From NCBI GenBank assembly GCA_043803945.1, contig JAZDJN010000073.1, forward strand, positions 1 to 47,389: a stretch of 47,389 nucleotides of DNA. The letters are read 5' to 3'. The notes under the pieces were generated by a model. It was not told the DNA's origin. It saw only the letters and a program-made list of their open reading frames with translations, and made no database searches. The number at the start of each line of letters is the position of its first letter. Within the stretch, counting starts at the first letter, position 1. This document shows positions 28,362-38,617 of the stretch, one piece after another. The stretch comes from a bacterium (lineage in GTDB: Bacteria; Bacteroidota; Ignavibacteria; UBA10030). The position numbers and the translations under genes are program-made.

Positions 28362-29272
28362 CGCTTTTGAGAACGATGCAGGTACAGATCAGCAATCCAG
28401 TTAATAAAGAAGGTAATAACGAAAAGAACGATTCCGATGGCAAAGAGCGCCGCGTAGTGATCGCCACCCTGAACGGTCTCTCCCATCTCCGCAGCAATTG
28501 TGGCTGTCAGGGTCCTGACAGGCTGGAGCATACCATGGGGGATCAATGCGGCATTTCCGGTCACCATCATTACTGCCATCGTTTCTCCGACTACTCGCCC
28601 GATGCCAAGCATGACGGCAGCGACCATACCGGGGCGAGCAGCGAATGCGACAATCCGCCGGGTAGTTTGCCATTTCGTTGCCCCCATCGCGATAGCCGCC
28701 TCGCGATATTGCCTGGGGACTGCCGTAATTGCATCTTCGGCAATTGACACTATTGTAGGCATGGCCATGAAGGCAAGCGTCACCGAACCGGTTAACGCCG
28801 TGAGTCCTGTCGGAAGGTCGAAGATTTGCTTTATCAGAGGACTGAGCGTCACCATGCCGATGAATCCAATGACGACAGAGGGAATCGCTGCGAGCAATTC
28901 AATGCCCGCTTTCAATACTTCTTTTGTTCGTCGCGGGGCAATCTCGGCGATGTACAACGCACTACCGAGGCCGATAGGAACAGAAATCATTGCCGCTCCA
29001 AGGGTGACAAAGAGAGAACCGATGATCAGCGGAAGTATACCGAACCGGGCGGGATCGGAAATGGGGTACCAGTTTTTTCCGAGTAGAAAATCAAACAGGG
29101 AGACAAAAGAAAAAAGGTTTAATCCCTCTTTCAGCAGAAATGCAAAAATCAACACGACCATAACGATCGATGCAATCCCGCTGGTAAAGATTGCCTTCTC
29201 AATCAGGTATTCTTTTATACGTCTGAGCTTCACCGATGGAGTTCCCTTATCCTTTGACAAGGAAGTTATCAA
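28358..29272 (-). CDS. pstC: Phosphate ABC transporter permease PstC
   Basis: ELLAAIPSVVIG, EAA-loop REAAIAMGATKWQT, GRVVGETMAV. Confidence 0.95.
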   Translation of the reverse strand: MITSLSKDKGTPSVKLRRIKEYLIEKAIFTSGIASIVMVVLIFAFLLKEGLNLFSFVSLFDFLLGKNWYPISDPARFGILPLIIGSLFVTLGAAMISVPIGLGSALYIAEIAPRRTKEVLKAGIELLAAIPSVVIGFIGMVTLSPLIKQIFDLPTGLTALTGSVTLAFMAMPTIVSIAEDAITAVPRQYREAAIAMGATKWQTTRRIVAFAARPGMVAAVMLGIGRVVGETMAVMMVTGNAALIPHGMLQPVRTLTATIAAEMGETVQGGDHYAALFAIGIVLFVITFFINWIADLYLHRSQKR

Positions 29273-29278
29273 TCGTGG

Positions 29279-30160
29279 TTATTTAATGGAGACTGGAACA
29301 AAATCGAGTTTCTTCACCAGATCCTGTCCTGCAGGCGAGAGAATATAATCGATGAACGATTTCACCAATCCCACCGGCTCACCCTTGGTATACATCAGCA
29401 GCGGGCGGGAAATGGGATAGGCGTTACTGACAACGTTCTCGATTGTAGGGGGAACAAAGGGAGACGATTTATCTTTTGCCACTTTAACAGCTTTTTCCTT
29501 TGGAGAAAGATACCCCATTCCAAAGTATCCGATGGCATTGACGTTCGTAGCAACTTCATCGGAAATCGCCTGTGAGCTTGGGAGGAGCAGTGCCTCAGGT
29601 GAAAACTCCTCTTTTCCTTTTGCATCACCCTTCCGTACAATGTGCTCTTTGAAATAGACATGCGTTCCGGAATTGACCTCTCGTGAGAGCAGCACAATTT
29701 TGCCATCCTTGCCTCCGACCTCATTCCAATTCTTGATCTTTCCGGTAAAGATATCGTCAAGCTGATCGATTGTTAATCCTGCAACCGGATTCTGTAAATT
29801 GACCACAACAGCTAATCCATCGAGGGCGACTTTAATCTCCTTCGGTTCTATGCCTTTCGATTCTGCCATTTTGATTTCATTTTCTTTCATCTCACGTGAG
29901 ACCTCTGCGATATCACAGGTATTATTTATCAGAGAGGAGATGCCTGTTCCCGATCCGCCGCCTGTAACGGCTATTGAAGATCCAGGATTCAATTTCATGT
30001 ATTCCTCAGCCCAGGCCTGGCCGAGGTTTACCATGGTATCGGAACCCTTTATTTGAATAGAATTCTTCTTTTCATCAGTTTTTCCCTTACACCCAATCAA
30101 CAAAAGAATTAATGGTACCAATCCCGAGAGAATACATCGAGTGAAGTACTCTTGTTTCAT
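29279..30160 (-). CDS. pstS: Phosphate-binding lipoprotein PstS
   Basis: Lipobox LIGC, KGSDTM, GGGSGTG, SREVNSGT, YPISRPL. Start placed at ATG 30160 (RBS AAGGGG). Confidence 0.95.
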   Translation of the reverse strand: MKQEYFTRCILSGLVPLILLLIGCKGKTDEKKNSIQIKGSDTMVNLGQAWAEEYMKLNPGSSIAVTGGGSGTGISSLINNTCDIAEVSREMKENEIKMAESKGIEPKEIKVALDGLAVVVNLQNPVAGLTIDQLDDIFTGKIKNWNEVGGKDGKIVLLSREVNSGTHVYFKEHIVRKGDAKGKEEFSPEALLLPSSQAISDEVATNVNAIGYFGMGYLSPKEKAVKVAKDKSSPFVPPTIENVVSNAYPISRPLLMYTKGEPVGLVKSFIDYILSPAGQDLVKKLDFVPVSIK

Positions 30161-30350
30161 AATCGTTCCCCTTCTAGTTTCACCGCTCAACAACACAATT
30201 ACACTATGTTAAGATTGCAGAATTTTATTGAGGAATCAAGCTGCAATTGGTACCGAGAGTGAAATTTAGTACTGATGAAGAGTTGAAGAATAACGTACTC
30301 TTTGTTCGATATGGATTTATCGAAATAATGCAAATGAGTCATAAGATAAC

Positions 30351-31442
30351 TTAATCTACTCTTGCTCGAAACTTTGCTATTCTTCCGCCTCTTCCTGCTG
30401 CCCAACCGAACAGTTTATTTTTGGAAAATCCCAAAACATGGAATCCTAGTGAGTCGTAAGGGGCCCAGCTTTTTCCACCATTGACAGAATAATCTGTTCC
30501 GGCAGGTCCGGTGGCTATAAGATATTTTCCATTGCTGCCGGGGAGATACGCGACACAGGATCGGAATCCACCGAGGCTCGAATCGGCCAAGAGCATCCAT
30601 GTGTTGCCGCCGTCATTCGTGAGGGCGATATTTTCTTTTGCCTCTCGCTCTTTCTGATAATTTCCTCCTACAATAATACCATTCTGCGCATCAAAGAAAG
30701 CAATGGAAAATATGCCGCTCGCCGGCGAGTCTTTCATAAGGGGAGTTTCAGCGACACTCCAGGAATCCCCCCGGTCGGTTGAACGATACACGCGCGAACC
30801 GCCGCTTGCACCGATCCAGACATTCCTCGTTCCCTCAATCACGATGCAAGTACCACTCGCAGCAAAACCGCCTTCCCCAGGGAGGGCCGGCGGAAGTTGA
30901 CTTTGCGGAATCTCGTTCCAATGTTCACCCCCATCGCTTGTTCTGATGAGCAGCAGCTTTCCATCAACAACGTCGCTCATCGCGATACCGTTCTGCTCAT
31001 CCCAAAATGCTAGAGCATCGAAGAATGCACCGGCTCGTCGATTCATGAACTGAAGTTTCCAGTTCTTACCGCCGTCAACCGTTTTAAAAATTCTCGACTT
31101 TGTCTCTTCACCGATACTTAGCAAATAGGTAATATCCGCGCTGAATGCTTCGACGTCGCGAAAATCCAACCGCGCTGTGTCGGCAAGTGTGTGAACTTCC
31201 CACGTCTCTCCGCCATTTATTGTGCGGGCGTACATGTTTCTGCTGCCGCTAACCCAGGCAACGTTTTCGTTAACTGCACTGAGGCCGCGTAACTCCGATA
31301 GTATTCCCGATTTCTGAATCACCCACTGACTCGAAGCCAACTGAAGAACACTCAAGAGCAGGAGACTCATTGACCAAGTTCTCTTTATTGCACAACTTCC
31401 AAAACTCAAATCCCAAGCTCCAAGCAATTTTGTGTTTTTCAT
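30351..31442 (-). CDS. BNR/Asp-box repeat beta-propeller protein (Ycf48-like); true start probably near 31370-31388
   Basis: Repeated T.(D/N)GG..W boxes, LDFRDVEAF, FAASGTCI. The first ~18 codons of the ORF overlap a heptamer array. Confidence 0.85.
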   Translation of the reverse strand: MKNTKLLGAWDLSFGSCAIKRTWSMSLLLLSVLQLASSQWVIQKSGILSELRGLSAVNENVAWVSGSRNMYARTINGGETWEVHTLADTARLDFRDVEAFSADITYLLSIGEETKSRIFKTVDGGKNWKLQFMNRRAGAFFDALAFWDEQNGIAMSDVVDGKLLLIRTSDGGEHWNEIPQSQLPPALPGEGGFAASGTCIVIEGTRNVWIGASGGSRVYRSTDRGDSWSVAETPLMKDSPASGIFSIAFFDAQNGIIVGGNYQKEREAKENIALTNDGGNTWMLLADSSLGGFRSCVAYLPGSNGKYLIATGPAGTDYSVNGGKSWAPYDSLGFHVLGFSKNKLFGWAAGRGGRIAKFRARVD

Positions 31443-31519
31443 TTTGCCATTCTCAAGTTGAATTATGAACTGCTTCTTTCCCTTTTTTAATTTTTCATTT
31501 AAAATTTTTCATTGAACAT
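31391..31519. repeat. 7-nt-period arrays
   Basis: cacaact/tccaaaa/ctcaaat/cccaagc/tccaagc (31391-31425) and ttttaat/ttttcat/ttaaaat/ttttcat/tgaacat (31485-31519). Confidence 0.55.
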
Positions 31520-31865
31520 GAAATACTTCTTCCATCGCTGCCCACCACTGCCCCTCCTGACGGTTTTGCAGCGGCTGCTGCATGGGATCTGTCAGCTTCC
31601 ACCATCGCTGTGTCTCCGGATCCGCAGCCATCTTTGCCATATCGACTTTGAAGTCGTGTCCATCATACTCAAAGTAGCTGAAGAGGTAATAGCTGCCATC
31701 GGCGAATTTATGGAGATAGATGGAGTAGTTGTTGATGTGGCACTCCTTAATCATTTTTAGTACCGAGGGCCAGACCGCAAGGTGAATCTCCTTGTATTCA
31801 GCAAGAGCTTCTTCTCGCAGTCCAATGACACTACCGAAACGTTGAACGGTTCGTTGATACGACAT
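31509..31865 (-). CDS. rhaM: L-rhamnose/L-fucose mutarotase family protein
   Basis: EYKEIH.AVWP.V, NYSIY, LFSYFEY, QRWW, W..MEEVFH; ATG 31865 with RBS AGGAG. Confidence 0.85.
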   Translation of the reverse strand: MSYQRTVQRFGSVIGLREEALAEYKEIHLAVWPSVLKMIKECHINNYSIYLHKFADGSYYLFSYFEYDGHDFKVDMAKMAADPETQRWWKLTDPMQQPLQNRQEGQWWAAMEEVFHVQ

Positions 31866-31887
31866 GTTTGTTCTCCTCATATTATCC

Positions 31888-32025
31888 ATAAAAGATAGAA
31901 CACTGAATACACAGAAAAACCACTGATTCACACCGATCAGTGAACATCTGTGTTATCAGTGTACCAATTATAAAAGACAGAACATAGAACACACAGAAAA
32001 AACATGGATCATCACAGATCAGTGA
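31888..32025. repeat. Two 56-bp imperfect direct repeats; the first is part of a hairpin
   Basis: 31888-31943 versus 31970-32025 (about 45/56 by hand); ACACTGAATACACAGA pairs with TCTGTGTTATCAGTGT. Confidence 0.7.
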
Positions 32026-33697
32026 GTATTGTATCGAGTTTTTCTAGAAGTTCCTGTTTCACTTTTCGATAGAACATGATGTCTTTGCTATACTCATCGA
32101 ATGCCTGAAAGAGCTTTGCGATAATAGTTTGCATTTTCGTTAGATCGTTCCTCTTCAACTGCCGTAGTAGCTCATAATCTTCCATTCCGATGCGGTGTGC
32201 TTCGAAGCGTTGGCTTGAGAGCGGTCCGTCTTTTCCCGGATAAATAATATGTGAATCCCCGGCAGGCAGAAAATTCGTCGGTCCTCCATGTTCCCGCACA
32301 AGCTCATCGAACGGCTTCGTCGTATTGAAATTCAAGCCCCAATGGAGAAATCCATACAGATCGTACTTCGCGCATGCCCAACCGACATACACCTGCCGGA
32401 GGCGCTCCTGATCGACGAGCCGGTTGATCCAGGGACCGCCGGGAACGAGACAGGTATAGACCCACACATTGTCGCCTGCTTGTTTACGCGCATCGAAGAA
32501 TTCCTGATGCGCCTGATACTCCTGCACCTGAGGGCACCAATGATCGACAACTCCGACAAGCTGCTGGGTCATTGTTGCTTCCATAATCTTCACATCCGGT
32601 TTCCATTCTCTCAATAGGGTTATGAGTTCCTTATACCGATCGACATACTCATCGGTTGGTTCATCGAAGACCCCTTGCAGCCACCGATCCTCCCATCGGT
32701 GTTCCTGCATCATCTCAATAATACTTCTGAACATTTGCGCGATTATCTTTTTCCCTTTATCTGAGACGGCAGCAATTTCATAGGGAAGGTCACCACAGAC
32801 AAGCATGGCGTTCGACGACCAATCCCGACGCCGAGTGAAGGGTGCACCTTGAATCGTCTGCAATCCCTCATTAAGGAATGTTTCGATGTACCTCTCAAGG
32901 TGATCCCGCGAGAACTCTGTCACATTGCCCTCGTCATCGAACGAAAAGAAATCATACCAAAGAAATCTGAACGTATTCTGCCTTCCTCTCGCCATCAATT
33001 GAGCAAAGCGACGGAGGATATCCCAAAACGATTCGCTCCACTTCTCCACGCCATAATCACGACAGATGTTATCGAGAGTATGCCAATTGACATAACCAAT
33101 TGTAGCGTGCGATGTCGGTGGAACGATTGCATTATGTACGGCGATTGAAAACATTAACCGTTCGGTTCGTTTCCCTAGAGAGACGGTTAGTGCGAAATCT
33201 TTCTTGCCTGGAGTAACCGAAGAATCCATTGGGATTTCAAGACGCAGCGCAACAGCGGATGATTGAAGGATCATTGGAGAAGTAACCGGCTCGAACGCTT
33301 CGTAAATTCTGAACGGAGCACGTCGAATCACGTAGAGATTTTTCTGCCCGCTGAATTTTTCCGTGCGGCTGTCGAGGCCGGTGTTCTCTGTAACCTCTAC
33401 ATCGATCATACGGTACCAATGATCAGTGCTCATTAGTGTTTTGTCACCACCGGTAACCGTGAAACTGAGTGTGTTACCCGGATCGATGTCTGTAATTAAA
33501 AGATGAACCGCGGCAACCGTACCTCGGGCAACGTGCACCGAGTATTGTTTGACAGGTTTATCGATGCGGCTGTCGGGGTAGAGCGGAGCGAGTTCATCAT
33601 AAAGAGAGATAACAGCTTGTGCTGCCAGACTAGAGGGCAAGAGGAATAGAAGAAAAAACGGGATTATCTTTATATCATGGTAGGGATTGACTTTCAT
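32012..33697 (-). CDS. DUF4091-domain putative glycoside hydrolase (GH123-like)
   Basis: Signal peptide; FDEP, VWVYTC..P, GFLHWG.N, GDSHIIYPG, S.RFEAHRIGMEDYELL. Confidence 0.78.
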   Translation of the reverse strand: MKVNPYHDIKIIPFFLLFLLPSSLAAQAVISLYDELAPLYPDSRIDKPVKQYSVHVARGTVAAVHLLITDIDPGNTLSFTVTGGDKTLMSTDHWYRMIDVEVTENTGLDSRTEKFSGQKNLYVIRRAPFRIYEAFEPVTSPMILQSSAVALRLEIPMDSSVTPGKKDFALTVSLGKRTERLMFSIAVHNAIVPPTSHATIGYVNWHTLDNICRDYGVEKWSESFWDILRRFAQLMARGRQNTFRFLWYDFFSFDDEGNVTEFSRDHLERYIETFLNEGLQTIQGAPFTRRRDWSSNAMLVCGDLPYEIAAVSDKGKKIIAQMFRSIIEMMQEHRWEDRWLQGVFDEPTDEYVDRYKELITLLREWKPDVKIMEATMTQQLVGVVDHWCPQVQEYQAHQEFFDARKQAGDNVWVYTCLVPGGPWINRLVDQERLRQVYVGWACAKYDLYGFLHWGLNFNTTKPFDELVREHGGPTNFLPAGDSHIIYPGKDGPLSSQRFEAHRIGMEDYELLRQLKRNDLTKMQTIIAKLFQAFDEYSKDIMFYRKVKQELLEKLDTILTDL

Positions 33698-33806
33698 ATT
33701 CTATCTTGACCCTTCTTATCAGTCACCTTGCCAACCTGAATAGGTAATGAAAGATCCTTAACAGAGAGTAACCGAGATAAGGTGACGGTCATTTTAGCCG
33801 CACATG

Positions 33807-34922
33807 TCAATAGACACATTCTTTCGCTGCATCTCCAAAGACCTTTAGGTTTTCAACGGACGTATCGAAAAAGTGGTCCGATGCCGAACAGATATACCCT
33901 CCTTCAACTCCAACCTTTTCGAACAGTTCAAAAATATTCTTCCGGATATCCTCACGAGAACCTGTTGTCAATGTGTTATGCTGATCAACTCCGCCAATGA
34001 GCGCGATGCGGTTTCCAACCTTCCTCTTGAGCTCCCATGGTTCCTGGTTTCCACCAACACTTGGCGGAGCGACCGTTTCCGAGGCGTCAGCACCATTTTG
34101 CACAATATACTCTTCTATTCCATGCGTTCCGCCACAGGTGTGGTAGGTCACTAAAAAATCCAAACTCTGAAGCGCGTCATGCATTTTTTTATCATACGGC
34201 AGGCAAAATTCTTTATGCAAATCAGGTGAAATGACAGTTGAAGAGGCAGAGCCGCCGCCGGTTTCAATGAGATCGAATTTTGCCCCCTTCATTGATTCGA
34301 TGAACTGCAGTTTCTTTTCTAAGAGGATATGAAGCAGTTCGTGCACCCAGTCCGGCTTTTCCATCGCAGAGAGGATGAGATCGCTGATATCCATCAGGCA
34401 CGCTGCGTGCTGCCAGCAGCCAGCTTGGTCGCCCCACACAAATCCGCGCAAGATTCCATGATCAACTACTTCATCATATTTTTTTCTGATCGGCTCCAGG
34501 TTCAGTTTCGGAACCGGCATATACTTTTTTATGAGTTGAATGTCGTTATCATGCTTGAGAAGATATTCTGTAATCCAGGTGGTTTTTCGATCGCCTCTGG
34601 TTTTATACGTTAGAACTCCCTCCGGCGTTTCGATAACGTGATGGACGATGCGGTTATCTGGATTATTGTTGATGATCGTAGGAATATCTTTCCATGTCGA
34701 TGTGTTCAGCTTGGTAAAGTCGGCATCGACCAACCAGAATTGTGCCATCTCTTCAAAATATTGAATCTGCGCATCGAGACCAACATGTTGGAACGCTTCA
34801 AGATCGCTGATACCGCCCATATACTCTTCCAGATGATATCCCTGCCATTGATGAACAGTCGCCGGCATGCGATCCGGTTTCTCCCGGTTGATTGCTGTCA
34901 TCAGACGTTCTTTCGAAGTCAT
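33807..34922 (-). CDS. Uroporphyrinogen decarboxylase / MtaA-CmuA-family protein
   Basis: MTSKERL..AI..EKPDRMP, ISPDLHKEFCLPY, YHTCG, LIGGVDQ, GGYICSASDH. Confidence 0.85.
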   Translation of the reverse strand: MTSKERLMTAINREKPDRMPATVHQWQGYHLEEYMGGISDLEAFQHVGLDAQIQYFEEMAQFWLVDADFTKLNTSTWKDIPTIINNNPDNRIVHHVIETPEGVLTYKTRGDRKTTWITEYLLKHDNDIQLIKKYMPVPKLNLEPIRKKYDEVVDHGILRGFVWGDQAGCWQHAACLMDISDLILSAMEKPDWVHELLHILLEKKLQFIESMKGAKFDLIETGGGSASSTVISPDLHKEFCLPYDKKMHDALQSLDFLVTYHTCGGTHGIEEYIVQNGADASETVAPPSVGGNQEPWELKRKVGNRIALIGGVDQHNTLTTGSREDIRKNIFELFEKVGVEGGYICSASDHFFDTSVENLKVFGDAAKECVY

Positions 34923-35015
34923 ACTATTCTCCTATGAGCAAAATTGACAAATCACTTTAGTCTCTTTTCTTTTTGTTCTTCGTGTCCTTCGTGGTTGAAA
35001 AATTTGGCCAGATTC

Positions 35016-38000
35016 CTACTGCAATTTCAACTTCATCGTTTCGATGGCATGATGGCCGACGGTTAATTGCACGGCTCGTTTGTCGGCCGGGATCGATCTT
35101 CCATCTTCCTCTATAATATTTGTCAACTCCGCAGAACGAATTGGTGACATGAATTGCAGCGTCACTTCTCTATCAACTCCACGAGTGTCGTAGAGGCGGA
35201 GTAACACCCTTTGATCATCCTCACTCTTTTTCATAGTACTGAGGACTATGTTTTGCTGGTCAATCGAAAGAAAGCTCTGCTGCTCTGGGAGCATAGCATT
35301 GAGATCCTGAATCGGATTAATCAGTGTAATCAACGGTGTGTTTGCTTCAACACCGAATCGTTCGCCATGTTCCCATCCAGGTATATGCGAGGTGAGCGAG
35401 AACCGATAATGGTGATCACCTGCTTGTAGATACCAATTGCCTGCGCCGTGACAGCTTCTTCGCGAAGCAAGAAGAATCGGCTGTAGAAGCTGACGCTGTG
35501 CCGCTGGTTCTGTTGGATCGAGATAATCCCACACCGCCACACTCGAACTGAACGTCACACCGAACTCCTGGCCTGAAACACCGATCCAGTTCTGAATTCC
35601 TCTCGGATGAATCTTCGAGGCTTCAATCGTGTATCGTTCGCCTGCCGCTCCCTTCATTTCGCTCTTGCCAACCTCTACAACACCAAACGGCACCTCATAA
35701 CTCACCTGCCCATCTTGAACATTGATGGGAAAGGCAAGGCGGAATTCACGATACTTCGTGCCATCCCAATCCAGCAATGAGGTTTCAAAATCGATCTGCT
35801 TTACGGCTTTATAGAGCAGTATACGCTGAACAACCGTGGCATGCTCAATCTGCTGCTTCATCTCCGCAATGACCCGAACCGGGCCATCCTCGATCACTGA
35901 CCATGTCGGTTTATGATTACTCAATTTATCGAACCCTTCCATTGTTGGATGCTGCGGCTCAGCCCACTCACCGGCATCCTCCCCAATCGATTGCATTGTG
36001 AAGAGTTCGCCTCCCAAAAATTTATCGGACTTCAAAATCTCTCTGCCAAGTTCTTTATCATAGATTTGTTTCACTCCACCATGGCCGAGAGAAACCGAAT
36101 AGAATTTACTTTCAAGAATATTCGCGGTTGCTCCCTTCAGTTTGGCTGTTCGTACCAATTCGCCCGACGGTTGAACATAATACGTTGAATAACCCACAGA
36201 GGGAAGGTTTACCGCAATAAAGACGACCTCACACTTCCTGATGCTTCCATCGGGGTATCGTTCTGCATTCACAATCTGATTATCAACACGTGTTCCGGCT
36301 GCATCGAACATCTCTATTCCTTTGCTGATCTCTCCTTTCTTGAACTGTGCTTGAAATTGAACCGGTGAGGAACGTTTCCAGGAAAGTGAGTTGAAGAGAA
36401 GAACGTGGATTCCTTTGCTTCTGTTCGTCTTCACAGAGGAAGCGATTGAGTTTAATGCCTGCGAAAGAATTTCCTTCCCAGCATTTCGTGCAAACTCATA
36501 TTTTGCCTTAAATGTGCTGTCGGTGATTTCACCATTCTTACCCCCCCAGCCATGATCCGGATAGATCTGTGCTTCCCAGGCTTTTGTTATTGCTTTGGTG
36601 GGATATTCTTGAAACGACCTCTTGAGCATTGCATCGACCGTTGAGAAGATCTCTGCTGCAGGCAGCAGCATATCCGCTTCACGTTTTGCAGAAATCGCCC
36701 AGTGATGCGTGGGCCCATGGATATAGAGCCAGATATTCGGCCGTTCGCCTTCGATTATAGTCAAGTTCGGTTTCTTAGCTAGAATCGAGGAAAAGAATTT
36801 TTCAGCACTGGAGTACATTAAGGGCGGAAGACTTGGTTGAAGCTTTACTCCATTCGACTGTTTGATCGACTTCAGATTGCTCCACTCTTGGATCAGTTCA
36901 TCGAATCGATCGGGACCCGACATATCGACTGACGAGAGAAGTGGAAAGTGATTGACGCCGCCGGGAGTTTTCTTATTCCATTCGATGGCGTTCGATGCAA
37001 TATATCCTTCCATCTGCTGCAGGTTCATGCCATACGTCTTCAACCGGAAATCTCCATAGTGCCCCGGTGTGTAGGTGAGAACTTCCGAGCCATCGGGACT
37101 GCGCCAGTTGTAGAGCCCCATTTCATGCCTGCTCACCAGGAGGAAAGGCACTCCAGCCTTTTGCATGATCTGTGGCATTTGCAGGGTACGTCCGGGGACA
37201 TCGGGATTCCAGTAAACCCAACCGTCGACATCCGGGAAATTATTCTTCAACCACTTTCGACCGAAATAGAATTGGCGCACAAGCATTTCGCCCGAGCAGA
37301 GTTCTTCGTATGGTTGGGTGTATGACGCACCAATACCGAGTCTTCCTTCCTTCATGAATTGATGCAACTCGTTCTTCCGATCGGGATGACGCTCAACATA
37401 TTCGCGTAAACAGAGAACATCTTCCAGGTCGAAATGGTACGTTGTATCATTTTTCAGAATTTCGAGCAGCGGTGAAATAATTTTTTCATCACGATCGATT
37501 TCACATTGCTGCGGTGAGTCCATCCAGGCAATGTCCTGATGTGTCGAGATCATGAGATGCTGTTGTCCAGATGAGGAACGCAGAGCAGAAAGTGCCGAGA
37601 GCGAAGTGCCAAGTTCAGGAGTGTAATGCGACTCTCCCTCCAGTATCCACCGTTGTAACGAATCGCGTCTGGATTTGAGTGTGATAAGCTTCTTTGGATA
37701 GATTTCACTTTTTGAGAAGAACCCAAAGAGCGTATCGATAGCAGCTATTTCTTCGCTCTCAATGGAGAGAGCAAATGCTTTTCTCAAATCGAGAGGCAGA
37801 GAGAAAGTGGCAGTTGATTGTCCATTAACGGAGGAAAGAAGTACGCTATCGAGTTTTCTCCCGACGAATGAGTAGGCCAAATACTTGTTGTTCCAGAAAG
37901 AACACCCAGAGAATGTTGCTTGGCATGTTAATCCGTTGGGGGTGATTGTCAGAGTGAAGTACGAATCGTTTCCATTTTTTCCACGAAGATAGCTCAGAAC

Positions 38001-38594
38001 ATCGGGCGCGGGGTAGACCATGACCCATGCGGCGTGGTTGGCTTTTTCTCCCACAATCTTGATCATTGCCGGCTTCGCTGCCTGAAGCCAGGCCGTTGGC
38101 AGCCTCATCTCCATGATACCGAAGTGGTCTCCATACTGATCACGCATCAAACCATGAAAAAGGAGATGGCCTCCCTGCAGGCCATTCACGGCCCAGGAGT
38201 TCTGGATTGTAGAAGGGAAGATAAATCGTTCGACATTATTGACTGAGAGTGTAAACCTGAATCCGGTTGGTTCCTGTCCATACATACCTGCTAATACAAC
38301 CACTCGAATTTCTTTTGAAGAAACAGAGTGAGGCAAGGGTGGAGTTTTCCATTCGATCGCTAACAATCCATTTGTTGCACGCGTCAAAAGCGCGGTGCTA
38401 TACTCGTTGCGGAGACGTGCGTAAGTGATTGTCCTTCCCCCGATCGTCTCGCTATATCCTTCAATACAGTCCTTGAGTGATTTGCATACTTGCATGTTCA
38501 GCTCGACTTGTTGCTGGAATGATGTTTGAGAAAAGAGTGATGAGAAGGAGATAATTACAAGGATGACAAGCGGAATATTTCTAGGCGATTTCAT
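35016..38594 (-). CDS. GH38-family alpha-mannosidase with an extended N-terminal region
   Basis: THQDIAW, E.LVRQFYFG, WNPDVPG, WRSPDGSEVL, PDHGWG, YEVPFG, KKSEDD..LLRLY. Confidence 0.87.
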   Translation of the reverse strand: MKSPRNIPLVILVIISFSSLFSQTSFQQQVELNMQVCKSLKDCIEGYSETIGGRTITYARLRNEYSTALLTRATNGLLAIEWKTPPLPHSVSSKEIRVVVLAGMYGQEPTGFRFTLSVNNVERFIFPSTIQNSWAVNGLQGGHLLFHGLMRDQYGDHFGIMEMRLPTAWLQAAKPAMIKIVGEKANHAAWVMVYPAPDVLSYLRGKNGNDSYFTLTITPNGLTCQATFSGCSFWNNKYLAYSFVGRKLDSVLLSSVNGQSTATFSLPLDLRKAFALSIESEEIAAIDTLFGFFSKSEIYPKKLITLKSRRDSLQRWILEGESHYTPELGTSLSALSALRSSSGQQHLMISTHQDIAWMDSPQQCEIDRDEKIISPLLEILKNDTTYHFDLEDVLCLREYVERHPDRKNELHQFMKEGRLGIGASYTQPYEELCSGEMLVRQFYFGRKWLKNNFPDVDGWVYWNPDVPGRTLQMPQIMQKAGVPFLLVSRHEMGLYNWRSPDGSEVLTYTPGHYGDFRLKTYGMNLQQMEGYIASNAIEWNKKTPGGVNHFPLLSSVDMSGPDRFDELIQEWSNLKSIKQSNGVKLQPSLPPLMYSSAEKFFSSILAKKPNLTIIEGERPNIWLYIHGPTHHWAISAKREADMLLPAAEIFSTVDAMLKRSFQEYPTKAITKAWEAQIYPDHGWGGKNGEITDSTFKAKYEFARNAGKEILSQALNSIASSVKTNRSKGIHVLLFNSLSWKRSSPVQFQAQFKKGEISKGIEMFDAAGTRVDNQIVNAERYPDGSIRKCEVVFIAVNLPSVGYSTYYVQPSGELVRTAKLKGATANILESKFYSVSLGHGGVKQIYDKELGREILKSDKFLGGELFTMQSIGEDAGEWAEPQHPTMEGFDKLSNHKPTWSVIEDGPVRVIAEMKQQIEHATVVQRILLYKAVKQIDFETSLLDWDGTKYREFRLAFPINVQDGQVSYEVPFGVVEVGKSEMKGAAGERYTIEASKIHPRGIQNWIGVSGQEFGVTFSSSVAVWDYLDPTEPAAQRQLLQPILLASRRSCHGAGNWYLQAGDHHYRFSLTSHIPGWEHGERFGVEANTPLITLINPIQDLNAMLPEQQSFLSIDQQNIVLSTMKKSEDDQRVLLRLYDTRGVDREVTLQFMSPIRSAELTNIIEEDGRSIPADKRAVQLTVGHHAIETMKLKLQ

Positions 38595-38617
38595 TGGAAT
38601 TTGAGATTTGCGATTGG

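Noticed and set aside
28500-29348. Long plus-strand ORFs (282 aa here; also 25117-25890, 40702-41352, 44988-45671, 45708-46385)
   Set aside because: Antisense shadows of well-supported minus-strand genes, with no recognisable motifs.
30195-30225. Pho box upstream of pstS (CTTAACATAGTGTAAT on the minus strand)
   Set aside because: Only one convincing half-site and no clean 11-bp repeat; plausible but unsupported.
33722-33786. GTCACCTT...AAGGTGAC inverted repeat
   Set aside because: Only an 8-bp stem with a long loop; may be a repeat relic but too weak to call.
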